Shown in pieces: positions 13,401 through 25,749 of a DNA stretch of 64,000 nucleotides (positions are counted from its first letter, which is position 1; each line of letters starts with the position of its first letter). The DNA lies in the NCBI GenBank assembly GCA_964016885.1, contig OZ024747.1, forward strand, positions 37,696,001-37,760,000, given 5' to 3'. A program made the position numbers and the translations under genes. Below the pieces are notes generated by a model. It was not told the origin of the DNA and did no database searches. It saw nothing but the letters and a program-made list of their open reading frames with translations. Origin of the DNA: Eledone cirrhosa (taxonomy: Eukaryota).

Positions 13401-13795
13401 TAAGCCAGCAGAGTCATAACGACCAGGCTGCTTCTTGACAGTGTAATTAGGGGCTCTAACCCTAGTGCTGTTAGATCGACTCTCCATATTTCTTTTCAAT
13501 GGCTGACAATACCTTACCGGCGCCACTCGAATAAGGTAGTTATTTAACCCATAAATGGAGCCCTAACAGGTACTACCACCCCGGGCCAGGGCAGACCTGG
13601 GAGTCATGACAACTAAGGGGTAACTCCACATTCCCCACATCTCCTGAACTCCCGGGGTGGTAGTACCTGTTAGGGCTCCATTTATGGGTTAAATAACTAC
13701 CTTATTCGAGTGGCGCCGGTAAGGTATTGTCAGCCATTGAAAAGAAATATGGAGAGTCGATCTAACAGCACTAGGGTTAGAGCCCCTAATTACAC
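10412..13795 (-). mobile_element. RTE-type LINE, near full length (APE endonuclease + RT), several frameshifts/stops, with inverted 5' duplication
   Basis: APE motifs ILAIQEH, SAYSPT, LGDFNAH, SQIDFIL, SDHRLV. RT motifs [49 protein letters not shown]-terminus LLYGSETW...[11 protein letters not shown]. Both ends lie in (TA)n. Confidence 0.93.
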
Positions 13796-13860
13796 ATATA
13801 TATATATGCATATATACATATATATGTATATATACATATATATATGTATATATACATATA

Positions 13861-13938
<78 letters not shown>

Positions 13939-13983
13939 CATATAATTATATATATATATATATATACATATATATGTATATAC

Positions 13984-14032
<49 letters not shown>

Positions 14033-14041
14033 CATATACAT

Positions 14042-14136
<95 letters not shown>

Positions 14137-14684
14137 TACATATATATACATATATATATACATATATATATACATATAAGTAGAAGTAGTATTTAATTTG
14201 TTGTAAGTCCGACAAAAATACATGTTTATAACTGATTTAGAGCAATCTACAGTAATAACTGGAGTAAATATTCAATGATATTAAATAAATGGAAACTATA
14301 TTTATAAAACCATATTTATTTTATTATATATATTTCAAAGGTAACCAAGAAAACATTGGTACGCTTTCATCACATAAAATACAAAGTGTGTTTTATAAAT
14401 AGAGACATACCGATGAAAATCATAACTTATCGGTTGGAAATTCACTGGATAGTCAGTGAATTTCCAACCAATAATCCAGTGAATTTCCAACAGATAAGGT
14501 ATGATTTTCATGGTAAGTCTCTATATAAATATGGTTTTATAAATATAGTTTCCATTTATTTAATATCATTGAATATATACATATATATATACATATATAT
14601 ATACATACATATATATACATATATATATACATATATATATATATATACATATATACATATATATATACATATATATATATATAC

Positions 14685-14779
<95 letters not shown>

Positions 14780-14796
14780 CATACATATATATATAC

Positions 14797-14827
<31 letters not shown>

Positions 14828-14978
14828 CATATATGTATATATATACATATATGTATATACATATATATACATATATATACATATATATACATATATATAC
14901 ATATATATACATATATATATACATAAATATATATATATATACATAAACATATATATATATATACATATATTTATATAC

Positions 14979-15009
<31 letters not shown>

Positions 15010-15288
15010 CATATATATATACATATATATGTACATATATATATACATATATATATATATATTTATATATACATATATATATATAAATATATATACATAT
15101 ATATATATATACATATATATATACATATATATATACATATATACATATATATATACATATATATACATATATATATACATATATATATACATAGATCTAT
15201 ACATATATATATACATATATCTATACATATATATATACATATATATATACATATATATATATACATATATATACATATATATATATAC

Positions 15289-15357
<69 letters not shown>

Positions 15358-15362
15358 GATAT

Positions 15363-15435
<73 letters not shown>

Positions 15436-15463
15436 CCCCCATACACACACACACACACACACT

Positions 15464-15548
<85 letters not shown>
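13796..15548. repeat. Large (TA)n/(TACA)n/(CA)n microsatellite block; similar blocks at 7850-8180, 33775-34436 and 51848-52175
   Basis: Directly visible; source of the YI/CV/HT pseudo-ORFs. Confidence 0.98.
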
Positions 15549-15551
<3 letters not shown>

Positions 15552-15703
15552 AATTAAAATAAGAATTAAAATACTAGAGTGTGTTGGAGTTAAACACCCT
15601 CTTCATATTATAGAAATGACAGTATAAGATATAGCTGAATGTAATTAAACAGAGGCGAAGAATTATAAAAAATAAACCAAAGAAGCCTTCAATACATCAA
15701 AAG

Positions 15704-15760
15704 TCTTTATTAGCCAACAATGTTTCGTCCTATTAAGGACTCATCAGGGCAAGTAAAGCC
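15704..15760 (-). ncRNA. Minimal type I hammerhead ribozyme
   Basis: ctttacttgcc-CTGATGA-gtcct-taat-aggac-GAAAC-att-GTT-ggctaataaag, inside the small inverted-repeat insert 15550-15885. Confidence 0.82.
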
Positions 15761-15914
15761 AAAAACTCAGAAGAATATGCAGTATACATCTATTAAAGCT
15801 TTAATAGATGTATTGATTTTAATAGATGTATCGCTTTTGATGTATTGAAGGCTTCTTTGGTTTATTTTTTATAATTTTTTTATAATATATATATATATAT
15901 ATGTATACATATAT

Positions 15915-18096
15915 ATTTCGTTTCTGAATTTGTTTAGCAAGATTCTTTATCTGGAAACGTGTGTTGAAACCGATATTGTTATACTTTGGGAGGGTCATGT
16001 TGCCAATAAGAAACACACGCACCAGTTGCTTTCACTTCAATTTATTATAATAAATTTATAAATTTAGGAATTTATAAATTTATGGTTGGTTGGTTGGTTC
16101 CACAACCAGATGGTTGTTTATATATTGTCAAAGTTCTTTCGTCACACATTCTGTGACCTCTTTAGTGACTGGGGATTCTTTTTTTTGTTTTTGTGCCTCT
16201 CCTTTGTTCTGTCCTACGCCATCTTGTTTCTGTGTGTGTGTTGTCTGCTCAGCCTGCGCATGCACCACATCCGGGTGTTGTGTGTGTTTATATTCGTTTA
16301 TTTATTTGTTTATTTACATGTTTCTGGTTGGTTGTTTGTTCTATGTGCGTGTGTGTTTTCATTCTGTCCTTAATTGTAAGTTGTGATGTTGCTGTTCCAC
16401 TCATGTTTTCTATTTAATTTTAGTTGGAGTTCATTTATGTTTATTGCCTCTGTGATTTGTCTAAACATTGCGTCTTTTCTGTGTGTAGATTCTATTTTTA
16501 TTTCTATTTCAAACGTAAACTTAAAGAACAATTAGAAGACCCCTTAACCCTGATAATGTATTCCCGCTACGTTGATGATATAAACATCGTAGTTAAAACA
16601 CCCCCACTAGAGAACAGTCAGGAAGTAGAGAAAAACACAATGCAAAGCATCCAGCAAATAGCTAATTCCATCCACCAGAGTATTAGAGTTACTATAGACT
16701 ACCCAAGCAAACACCCCAACCATCGATTACCCTTACTAGACACAGAGCTCTGGTTAGATACCATTAATAACAAAAAACAAATCCTCCACTCCCATTATGC
16801 CAAACCCATGACTTCCAAATATCTGATCCACCGAAACTCAGCTGTTTCGGACCATACCAAAATCAACATACTGATTGCGGATTTGGTACGGGTGATGAGA
16901 AACGTGTCCCGCATGTGCAACCCCGAAGAACTAGAGAGACACATACAACACTTCATCCACCGTATGCAGTTCTCTGGTTACAATCAGAGAGATAAAATCA
17001 GAGTGTATAGAGGCGCCAGAACCAAATGGGAAAAAATGGTAAATAATGACACAAATGGGACCTGCCCCTTGTATAGGAGCAAATTTTGGAATAGAATAGA
17101 AAGAACTAGGAATAAGGCTAATAGAATAAACTTATGGTATGATAGCAATAAATACCAGAGTATAATGTTCATCGATACAACCCCTAGAGGTGAATTAGCT
17201 TACAAATTTAGAAGGGCCCTAGATAAATATAAACTCAATATTCAGATAGTAGAAAGACCAGGTACCTCCATAAAAACACTTATTAGCAAGACATACCCTT
17301 TTCAAAGACCTCCCTGTATAGATAAGAAATGTATAATCTGTAAATTAAGCCCCCATATTAATTGTAAAACTAGAAATGTAGTATATAGCATCAGATGTAC
17401 TTAAGGACAATGTAGAGATAAAAATATAGTGTACATAGGTGAGACAGCTCGTAGAATAGAGGAACGGATAAATGAACACTGGCGAGACCTTCAAGATAGT
17501 AAAGAATCATCTGTACTCTACCAACATGCTAAAATAGAACATAAGGGTAAATTAGAGAACATAGAAATAAAAATAGAATCTACACACAGAAAAGACGCAA
17601 TGTTTAAACAAATCACAGAGGCAATAAACATAAATGAACTCCAACTAAAATTAAATAGAAAACATGAGTGGAACAGCAACATCACAACTTACAATTAAGG
17701 ACAGAATGTAAACACACACGCACATAGAACAAACAACCAACCAGTAACATGTAAATAAACAAATAAATAAACGAATATAAACACACACAGACACCCGGAT
17801 GTGGCGCATGCACAGACTGAGCACACAGCACACACACAGAAACAAGATGGCGTAGGACAGAACAAAGGAGAGGCACAAAAACAAAAAAAAGAATCCCCAG
17901 TCACTGAAGAGGTCACAGAATGTGTGATGAAATAACTTTGACAATATATAAACAACCATCTGGTTGTGGAACCAACCAACCAACCGGAAATTTATAAATT
18001 CCTAAATTTATAAATTTATTATAATAAATTGAAGTGAAAGCAACTGGTGCGTGTGTTTCTTATTGGCAACATGACCCTCCCAAAGTATAACAATAT
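15915..18096 (+). mobile_element. 5'-truncated PLE (family B, Neptune-like) with inverted pLTR at its 5' end
   Basis: YSRYVDDI, LPLLDTELW, C-x4-C-x2-C linker, NVVYSIRC and YIGETAR..ERINEH. 15915-16510 is the reverse complement of about 17565-18096 plus about 60 extra nt. Confidence 0.92.
17900..17942 (+). ncRNA. Minimal hammerhead ribozyme in family B pLTR; copies at 16127-16169 (-, core CTAAAGA) and 37933-37975 (+)
   Basis: Consensus of three copies: gtca-CTGAAGA-g-gtcaca-gaatg-tgtgac-GAAA-gaa-CTT-tgac. Confidence 0.75.
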
Positions 18097-18098
18097 AC

Positions 18099-18131
<33 letters not shown>

Positions 18132-18285
18132 TACAATATGTTGGAAAGGTAACACACTAGAGAGAGATACAGTGCGCTATCAATAAAACAGGGTTTTTCC
18201 CTGTTTTATTGATAGCGCACTGTATCTCTCGCTAGTGTGTTACCTTTTCAACATTATATTGTATATATATATATACAATATAATG

Positions 18286-18452
<167 letters not shown>

Positions 18453-18904
18453 TTAATACAACAATAGAGAAAGCTTTAAGCTAAACTCTGACTGGTCACC
18501 ATCTCACTCAACAAACATTAGGATATACGTTAGTATAATCCCAATTTTGTGTTTGGGGTGCTAACTATATGTATTTTGTGGAAAGTCAGTTGTATTATTT
18601 TATATGAGATATAATTAAAATTAAAATATATCTCTCTTTCCAAACAATTGTTTCATTATAAGTTTTCTACAAGTTGGGAGAATGTTTCCGGTTTATGTAG
18701 AAGCCTAACATATTTTTCTGTAAGAACATATGCAGGTGGGTACTTATAAATTATCAGTGGATGCCCATTAAACTTTGATATAAGAAAAAATTTCTTACCG
18801 CAGTTATTTTTCGTGTCCGCTAAGTCGTCCCTTCATGCATCAAATGACCGCCGAATTTGAAATTCCAGCAGTCTTTAGACTGAGGAATATCATAGCGTCA
18901 CTAT

Positions 18905-19445
18905 ATTAGGGTAAATATTGATGCAATTCAATTCAAGCACTCAACGTACTTTTTCCACATAGGAGTGACGGAGTAAATATCGAATAAGGAAAAGCGAAGT
19001 TGTTTCAGATGTTCAAGTACTTTAATAATAATGCTGTGATATATATTTCAATGACGACACTGGCCACACTGTTCTGTGTGCGAGTGCCGTGTCATCATTA
19101 GACAGCTTGTTACATAATAAGGTTGTTTTCGAGGCAATCCATATTGAATCGGGAACGGATGAAAAACCCAAAAGCACGAACTTCATCCGTTCCCATGTCG
19201 ATTCAATTTGGATTGCCTCGGAAACAACCTCATTATGTAACAAGCTGTCTGATGATGACACGACACTCGCACACAGAACAGTGCAGCCAGTGTCGTCATT
19301 GAAATATATATCACAGCATTATTATTAAAGGACTTGAACATCTGAAACTACTTCGCTTTTCCTTATTCGATATTTACTCCGTCACTCCTACGTGGAAAAA
19401 GTACGTTGAGTGCTTGAATTGAATTGTATCAATGTTTACCCTAAT
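18905..19445. repeat. Long palindrome (about 260-bp arms) carrying a hammerhead motif in each arm
   Basis: 18905-19163 is the reverse complement of 19182-19445. Plus-strand HHR: gctgt-CTGATGA(19249-19255)...GAAA(19301-19304)-tatat-ATC-acagc. The minus copy has core CTAATGA. Confidence 0.85.
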
Positions 19446-19524
19446 AATTTAGCTCCGATTAGTTGAGCGCTCTATGATGTAACCGATTAGAAGTACTCAA
19501 CAGTGTGTTTTCCTGGAGTTTTTA

Positions 19525-19950
19525 ATATTATTCAAAATGTTAACAAATGAAAAATATTCGCATAATCAAAATATATACTTTATTATATATATTTCAAAGC
19601 TACTGTGTTGTTTCAGTACAATATATGATTTGATATATGACATACCGCTAAGGTCTTGATTATTCTTGCCAATCAAGACCGTAGCGGTAGGTCATATATC
19701 AAATCATATATTTTGTCTGATGATAACCTACTGAACAACACAGTACCTTTGAAATATATATAATAAAGTATATATTTTGATTATGGGAATATTTTTCATT
19801 TGTTAACATTTTGAATAATATATATGTTAACAAATGAAAAATATTCGCATAATCAAAATATATACTTTATTATATATATTTCAAAGGTACTGTGTTGTTT
19901 CAGTACGTTATCATCAGGCAACATATATGATTTGATATATGACATACCGC
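19525..19950. repeat. Triple alternating-orientation repeat with hammerhead motifs (19708-19771 +, 19862-19925 -)
   Basis: atattttgt-CTGATGA-taac-(g/c)tactg..cagtac-cttt-GAAA-tatat-ATA-ataaagtat. The unit is present as -/+/-. Confidence 0.72.
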
Positions 19951-20444
19951 TAGACCCCTAAAAAGCTGAAAAAAACGCAGTTTTTCACCTAATTCCGGCC
20001 CTAGAGGACCAAAAAGTTGAAATGTTTTATGTGCATAACACTCCCTGAAACATAGGTAATACACATGTAAAGTTTGAAAAAAGAAGGTTGGGTACTTCTC
20101 GAGTTTTAGGGATTCAAACTCACACACACACACACATAGACATCCTCAGGGAAGTGACGTAATGCAGACAACCAGACATACAGACATATATTATAAGGGC
20201 GCGACGTTGTATGTATGTATCTATCTAAAAAGAGAAAGACTAAGAATTATAGAGAGAGATCGCTAAATCGCCTAATGCGGTCCCTAGGGCATTGACAATT
20301 TGAAATCCTTTTTGCTCAGAACACTCCCTGAAACATAAGTATTACATGTGTAAAGTTTGAAAACAGTCGGTTGGGTGTTTCTCGAGTTTTAGGGATTCAA
20401 ACTCACACGCACACAGACAGACATCCTCAGTTTTATATATATAG
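19950..20444 (-). mobile_element. Non-autonomous Helitron-like 5' fragments
   Basis: Minus strand starts TCTATATATATAAAACTGAGGATGTCTG and shares sequence with 24895-25150; internally duplicated. Confidence 0.65.
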
Positions 20445-20472
20445 ATATTCGAAAAACTCAGACTACATTTAT

Positions 20473-20576
<104 letters not shown>

Positions 20577-20601
20577 AGAGGCTGAAAAATATAAAAATTC
20601 T

Positions 20602-22401
20602 ATGTTCTCTCTCTTACAAAATACTAATTACTATGAAAGAGTAAAAAACTACCAGCAATCAAAAATAATGACCAAATTAAACACACTGATTTATCGATAC
20701 CAGGAAGACCTAACTAAAAAGGAACGCGATTATTTAACAAATTTTGAATACAAAACCAGCAACCTTTACGGACTTCCGAAGATCCACAAATGTAAAATAA
20801 TCAACGATGCCTGTAAACAATCCACCTCAGCCTGCGTGAACACACAATACCCCACAGACCTTAAATTAAGACCAATTGTAGCGGGCCCACAATGTGAAAC
20901 ACACAGATTGAGCAACTTTATAGACATACTACTGAAACCAATACTGAAACACATACCAAGCCTTGTAAGAGACGATCTGGACCTCTTAAACCACCTCCCC
21001 AAACATGTCAACAACGACACTATTATTGTGTCTTTCGATGTAGTGAATCTCTACACAACGATCCCACACCAATTCGGACTAGAAGCAATAGGATTCTGGC
21101 TAGAGAAATATCCCAATGAGATACCTGACAGAATAGAAAAAAGCTTCATCACCGAGGGATTAAAATTCATCCTACAGAACAACTTTTTTGATTTCGATGG
21201 CAATACTTACAAGCAAATATCGGGGACTGCGATGGGTACAAAAGCCGCTCCAACTTATGCCAACTTAGTCATGGCATACTTAGAAGTCCAGATATATGAA
21301 CAGTCCAAATCAAAATACGGATTGAACTTCCACAAATATTTATCAGAGAATTGGAAACGCTACTTGGATGATTGCCTCATTCTTTGGTCCCACACACTCG
21401 ACCAACTGAAGGATTTAAAAAACTTAATAAACGGCATCAATAACCACATCCAATTCACAATGGAATACAGCCAAGATCAACTCCCATTTCTGGACATCTT
21501 AATCACAAAAAAAGACACAAATATCGAAACTGACATACACTACAAACAATATCTGCTATTCACCTCCAACCATCCAAAGCACACGAAGACGAACATTCCT
21601 TTTAACCTAGCAAGAAGAATTTGCACAATTGTCTCCAATTATGAAACGCGAAATAAAAGACTTCAAGAATTAAAGGAAATTCTACCCGAGAGAGAGTACC
21701 CACTATTACTAATAAATAATGGAATAGAAAGGGCTAAAGCAATAGGCATTGATGAATTACGGAAACAGAAACAAATTCAAGGTACGTCCAATATTCTATC
21801 ATATATCTCAACACACAACCCAATAAATGCGGAAGCTTACAACACTATTCACAATAACATCCCACTACTAAAACAAAACCCAAGAATGAAAAAAGCCCTT
21901 GAAACACACAAAATAATCAAAAGCAAAAGACAACCAAAATCACTGAAAACATTACTCACCAATGCCAAATTACCTACCACAAACCCACAACCAAGTATCA
22001 AAAAATGTGGTCGCTCTAATTGTGGAACCTGCACTCACCTCATTGAAGGCAACACGTATACATTTAAATCAGGACAAAATTTTACTGTAAAAAATCACTT
22101 CACTTGCTCATCAAAAAATCTAATTTATGCCGTTAAATGTAAAGGATGCAATGAAGATTATATAGGACAAACTAAACTCACACTCAGAAACAGAATGACA
22201 GTTCATCGCCAACAATTACGAGATCCAACCACGAGACAGATACCACTAAGTGCACATCTAGACATTTGTGCAAGTAATAAGACACCCAAATTCCAAGTCT
22301 TCCCATTTTACCTTTGCGCTAACAATACAACAGAACAAATGCGAATAAATAAGGAAAATATGTTTATTCAAAAATATAGACCAACATTAAATAAGGTTTA
22401 A
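20602..22401 (+). CDS. PLE reverse transcriptase + GIY-YIG endonuclease (N-terminally truncated, 599 aa open frame)
   Basis: LYGLPKIHK, LRPIVAG, SFDVVNLYT, GTAMGT, KRYLDD, LPFLDI, CGRSNCGTC, NLIYAVKCKGC..YIGQT..LRNRMTVH. It lacks about 5 aa (the PTDxK segment) seen in the 31 kb relative. Confidence 0.9.
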   Translation: MFSLLQNTNYYERVKNYQQSKIMTKLNTLIYRYQEDLTKKERDYLTNFEYKTSNLYGLPKIHKCKIINDACKQSTSACVNTQYPTDLKLRPIVAGPQCETHRLSNFIDILLKPILKHIPSLVRDDLDLLNHLPKHVNNDTIIVSFDVVNLYTTIPHQFGLEAIGFWLEKYPNEIPDRIEKSFITEGLKFILQNNFFDFDGNTYKQISGTAMGTKAAPTYANLVMAYLEVQIYEQSKSKYGLNFHKYLSENWKRYLDDCLILWSHTLDQLKDLKNLINGINNHIQFTMEYSQDQLPFLDILITKKDTNIETDIHYKQYLLFTSNHPKHTKTNIPFNLARRICTIVSNYETRNKRLQELKEILPEREYPLLLINNGIERAKAIGIDELRKQKQIQGTSNILSYISTHNPINAEAYNTIHNNIPLLKQNPRMKKALETHKIIKSKRQPKSLKTLLTNAKLPTTNPQPSIKKCGRSNCGTCTHLIEGNTYTFKSGQNFTVKNHFTCSSKNLIYAVKCKGCNEDYIGQTKLTLRNRMTVHRQQLRDPTTRQIPLSAHLDICASNKTPKFQVFPFYLCANNTTEQMRINKENMFIQKYRPTLNKV

Positions 22402-23427
22402 TATACATTATGTCAACACCACAATATGACATACACACACACACATAACACCTTCTACTTTAGAAAATAAAAACCCGAACTAAATTTACCTTAACATACG
22501 TTTGCACTGGCAATACAACAGCAAACACGAAAAAGTAAGGAAAATATGTTCATTCAAAAATATTCCTACTAAAGGAATCACTTTCCTACACACACACATA
22601 CACACACACACAATATATATATATATGTTCTCTTCATCTTAACATGCTAACCATACTCCCACACACATAACACCCATACACACACATAACAACCCCCACA
22701 CCAACAACTCCCTCCCCATTTCTACTAATAGAACCACTTTCCTACACACATATATATATACACACACACAAAATATATATTCTCTCCATCTTAACATACT
22801 CGCACACACACACATAACACCCATATACACACACACACAACTCCCTCCTCCATCTCTACTAATAGAATCATCTTCCAATACACACATACACACACACACA
22901 CATACACATACACACACACAAGCACACAAATAAACATACATATCTTCACTTCAATAGAAAATCTGAACTCTGACACCCCGGCGAGCTGGCCATATTCACT
23001 GAACCAGAACATTTCTCCCAATCCCTTTTCTCTTGACCACTATCTCTCCATTGTCATAACATTCACTATAAAGACTACAGAATAGTTTTCCAAATAAGGG
23101 CGCAAAAATGTAATGAAAACTTGTTCACGTGACAGCCAAATTTCATTTATAACCAACCCCAAAAAAGCCTTCGTGAGCCTCCTTTTTTCAAGTAAAAAGA
23201 AATTCAAACACTCATATATGAAAAAACAACCTGTGACAACCCCCCCTCTCTTATTTGAAGAACTATTGTAACGCGAACTGGCGCGAAATTTATTATAATT
23301 ATTGACAAACCAATCAAATTACTTCTCGAAAAACCTGGCATTTCGAGCCACTTTTTCCATATAAAACAAGTAACATTCAGAAACCAACCAGATGTGAGAA
23401 AAACCACAGACCCTCCATCTCAACTCA

Positions 23428-23465
23428 CCTTTTGAAAAGCAGAAGAACTGCGAAACCGGTAAAGG
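23428..23465 (+). ncRNA. Minimal hammerhead ribozyme with U3-A8 core variant (family C pLTR)
   Basis: cctt-TTGAAAA(23432-23438)-gcag-aagaa-ctgc-GAAA-ccg-GTA-aagg. Copies at about 26458-26496 (-), 26564-26600 (+) and 61747-61780 (+). Confidence 0.7.
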
Positions 23466-23598
23466 AACCAAATAAATATATATATATTTTAAAAAAAAAT
23501 AAGACTCCAGTTGCATTTTCGATTTCATCTCTTTTTCTTTATACTTTCACTCGTGTAGGATACCTCGGTTATTTTTCATTTTGTAAAAAAAACCTCAC

Positions 23599-23653
<55 letters not shown>

Positions 23654-23654
<1 letters not shown>

Positions 23655-24894
23655 TAGCCGAATTCCCTGCGCCTTGCTGCGTTTCACACATTTTTTTGTA
23701 AGAAAATGAATATTGATTTTAAATCAGTGATATAATTTATAGAGAAAACTCTGCATTTCAATATTACTCCATGTAAAATGTAATGCATGAAAAATTGGAA
23801 AACATTATTTTTTGTAATATATCAAATCAAAATTACATTATTAAATCTTATTCTTATTTTGTTTCTTGTAAATAATGTCTTTCAAAATATCAATTCAAAA
23901 CTTGATTATTTCATTTTTGTGTAAAGCATTATTTTCAAATTAGAAATTCAAAGATTAATTATTTATTTTTTATCAGAATAAATACATGAAAATATATTTC
24001 ATACTTTGTTGTAATGAAGAACTTCGGGGTAAACAACATTTCTTGTCTTTCTTTGATTGGCTAAAATATAGAGTCTTTGAAGTTCAAGTTCTTGAACAGA
24101 CACATAAAACATGCCATGACTAAAACATGGGTTTGTCAGATCTATACCAATAGTTTTGAAAGTTTAACCTTGACTCTTATTGATGCTCATGGCAAAGCAT
24201 GGCCTCACTGGAAACTGCAGCCTCTTAAATATAAAAGGCAACTCACTATCACTTGGTATAAGTCGAATCCTTGGAATGAGAAGAGCTTGATCTTTGTAAG
24301 CCCCGAATATAATTGTTTCTACTTTTGGCACAAGACTAGCTATTACCCCAGTACATTACTGGTACTTTATTTTATCGACCCCGTAAGGATGAAAGGAAAA
24401 GTTAACCTCGGCGGGATTTGAACTCAGAATGGCAAGGGCCGTAACTCAATGCGTCAAAGCATAGCGTCCGAGCCTCTACCGATACTGCCAATCCACCGCC
24501 CTATATAATGGCTGCTTCAATCAAGTTCTCATGAAATGTTGTTACAACATATCTTGTTCTATTTATTGCCCAACAATTTCACTATAGGGGGTTTAGCCCC
24601 CATTAGGGTGTCTTAATATTATTGAAATTTGCTGAAATTTTGTCATATTTTGTCATTTAGCTATGGTTTAAATTTCATATAAATCGAAGGAAAAATATTC
24701 AGCGAGGGTTTGTACACCCGGGACCCCCCCCCCCCCCGGGAACCCTTTGATTAAAATGAAATATTCTTATCCAAGTACTCTGGGCAATGTAATTTCAGAA
24801 TATATATGGTTATGGAGGTCTATCTCCAAAACCATACCAGGAGTTCGCGAAAACAAAAAAACAAACAAACAGACAGGAACTACAACTTTATATA
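23654..24894 (-). mobile_element. Non-autonomous Helitron-like element with nested SINE
   Basis: Minus-strand end is a GC-rich hairpin followed by CTAG (23654-23657); SINE inserted at about 24308-24500. Confidence 0.55.
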
Positions 24895-25681
24895 TCTATA
24901 TATATAAAACAGAGGATGTCTGTGTGTCTGTTTCCCTAAAACTCGAGAAGTACACAACCGGTTTTTTTCAAACTTTATACATGTAACTCGTATGACCCCG
25001 GAAGTGTTTTGAGCCCAAAAAAATTCAAATTTTCAATGCCCTAGGGACCGCATTAGGCGATTTAGCGATCTCTTTCTCTTTCTCTTAGTCTTTCTCTTTT
25101 TAGATAGTTACATAGATATGACGTCGCGCCTTCATAATATCTGTCTGTATGCCTTACTGTCTGCATTAAGTCATTATGACGCGATCAGTGTGTGTGTGTA
25201 TATATATTCTTATGCCAGGGAACGTCTTCACGAACCAAAGTATCGTCTTCCTGTTTTTCAGATTGATTTTTTTAGTTTAAGAAGATCCCGTTAAGGTTGA
25301 AAGCAGCGATTCTTTGCTTAAACATTAATATGTTATTTTAATATAGATATTCGTGTACAGATATTTTTGTATACACAAAAACAAAATATAAACAAACAAG
25401 GCCAAAGATTACATCAATTAGTCTTAGTGTATGTACTTCATAGTGCTTTTAGGTAGAATATCCCGTTAAGGGTGAAAGCAGTGATTCTTTGCTTAAACTT
25501 TAGTCTGTTATTTTAATATATATATATATATAATTATATATTTATGGACAGATATTTTTGCATATACAATAACAAAATATAAACAAACGTATTTATTTCA
25601 CGAGGTTCGATAGGGATAAATATATATCAAATATATAAGAACCCTATAGCAAATCCCGAGCAACGCCGGGCCATTCTGCTA

Positions 25682-25682
<1 letters not shown>
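24895..25682 (+). mobile_element. Non-autonomous Helitron
   Basis: 5' TC (tctatatatataaaacagaggatgtctg), 3' hairpin cccgagcaacgccggg then CTAG; sits between A and T with no TSD. Confidence 0.8.

Positions 25683-25749
<67 letters not shown>

Larger units (their letters stand above)
20578..23607 (+). mobile_element. 5'-truncated PLE (family C, Naiad-like) with long 3' region/pLTR
   Basis: Contains the 599-aa RT-GIY-YIG ORF. The 3' region matches 60190-61917 and 26335-26660. Both ends lie in (TA)n. Confidence 0.93.

Noticed and set aside
13545-13650. HDV-like ribozyme at the RTE 5' end
   Set aside because: Some pairings exist (caggt/acctg), but I could not fit the nested double-pseudoknot order or the catalytic C by eye; needs a descriptor search.
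14317-14381. Family H1-like hammerhead on the minus strand
   Set aside because: Core reads GTGATGA (C3 lost); treated as a dead copy and not listed as a ribozyme.
13689-15488. Many long ORFs rich in YI/IY/CV/HT (also at 7.8, 29.5, 33.7, 48.6 and 51.8 kb)
   Set aside because: Translations of TA/CA microsatellites and a minisatellite that lack stop codons; not genes.
20602-22401. Selenoprotein-type Naiad PLE (in-frame UGA plus SECIS)
   Set aside because: The ORF is open with ordinary Cys codons and no in-frame TGA; no SECIS was evident by eye.
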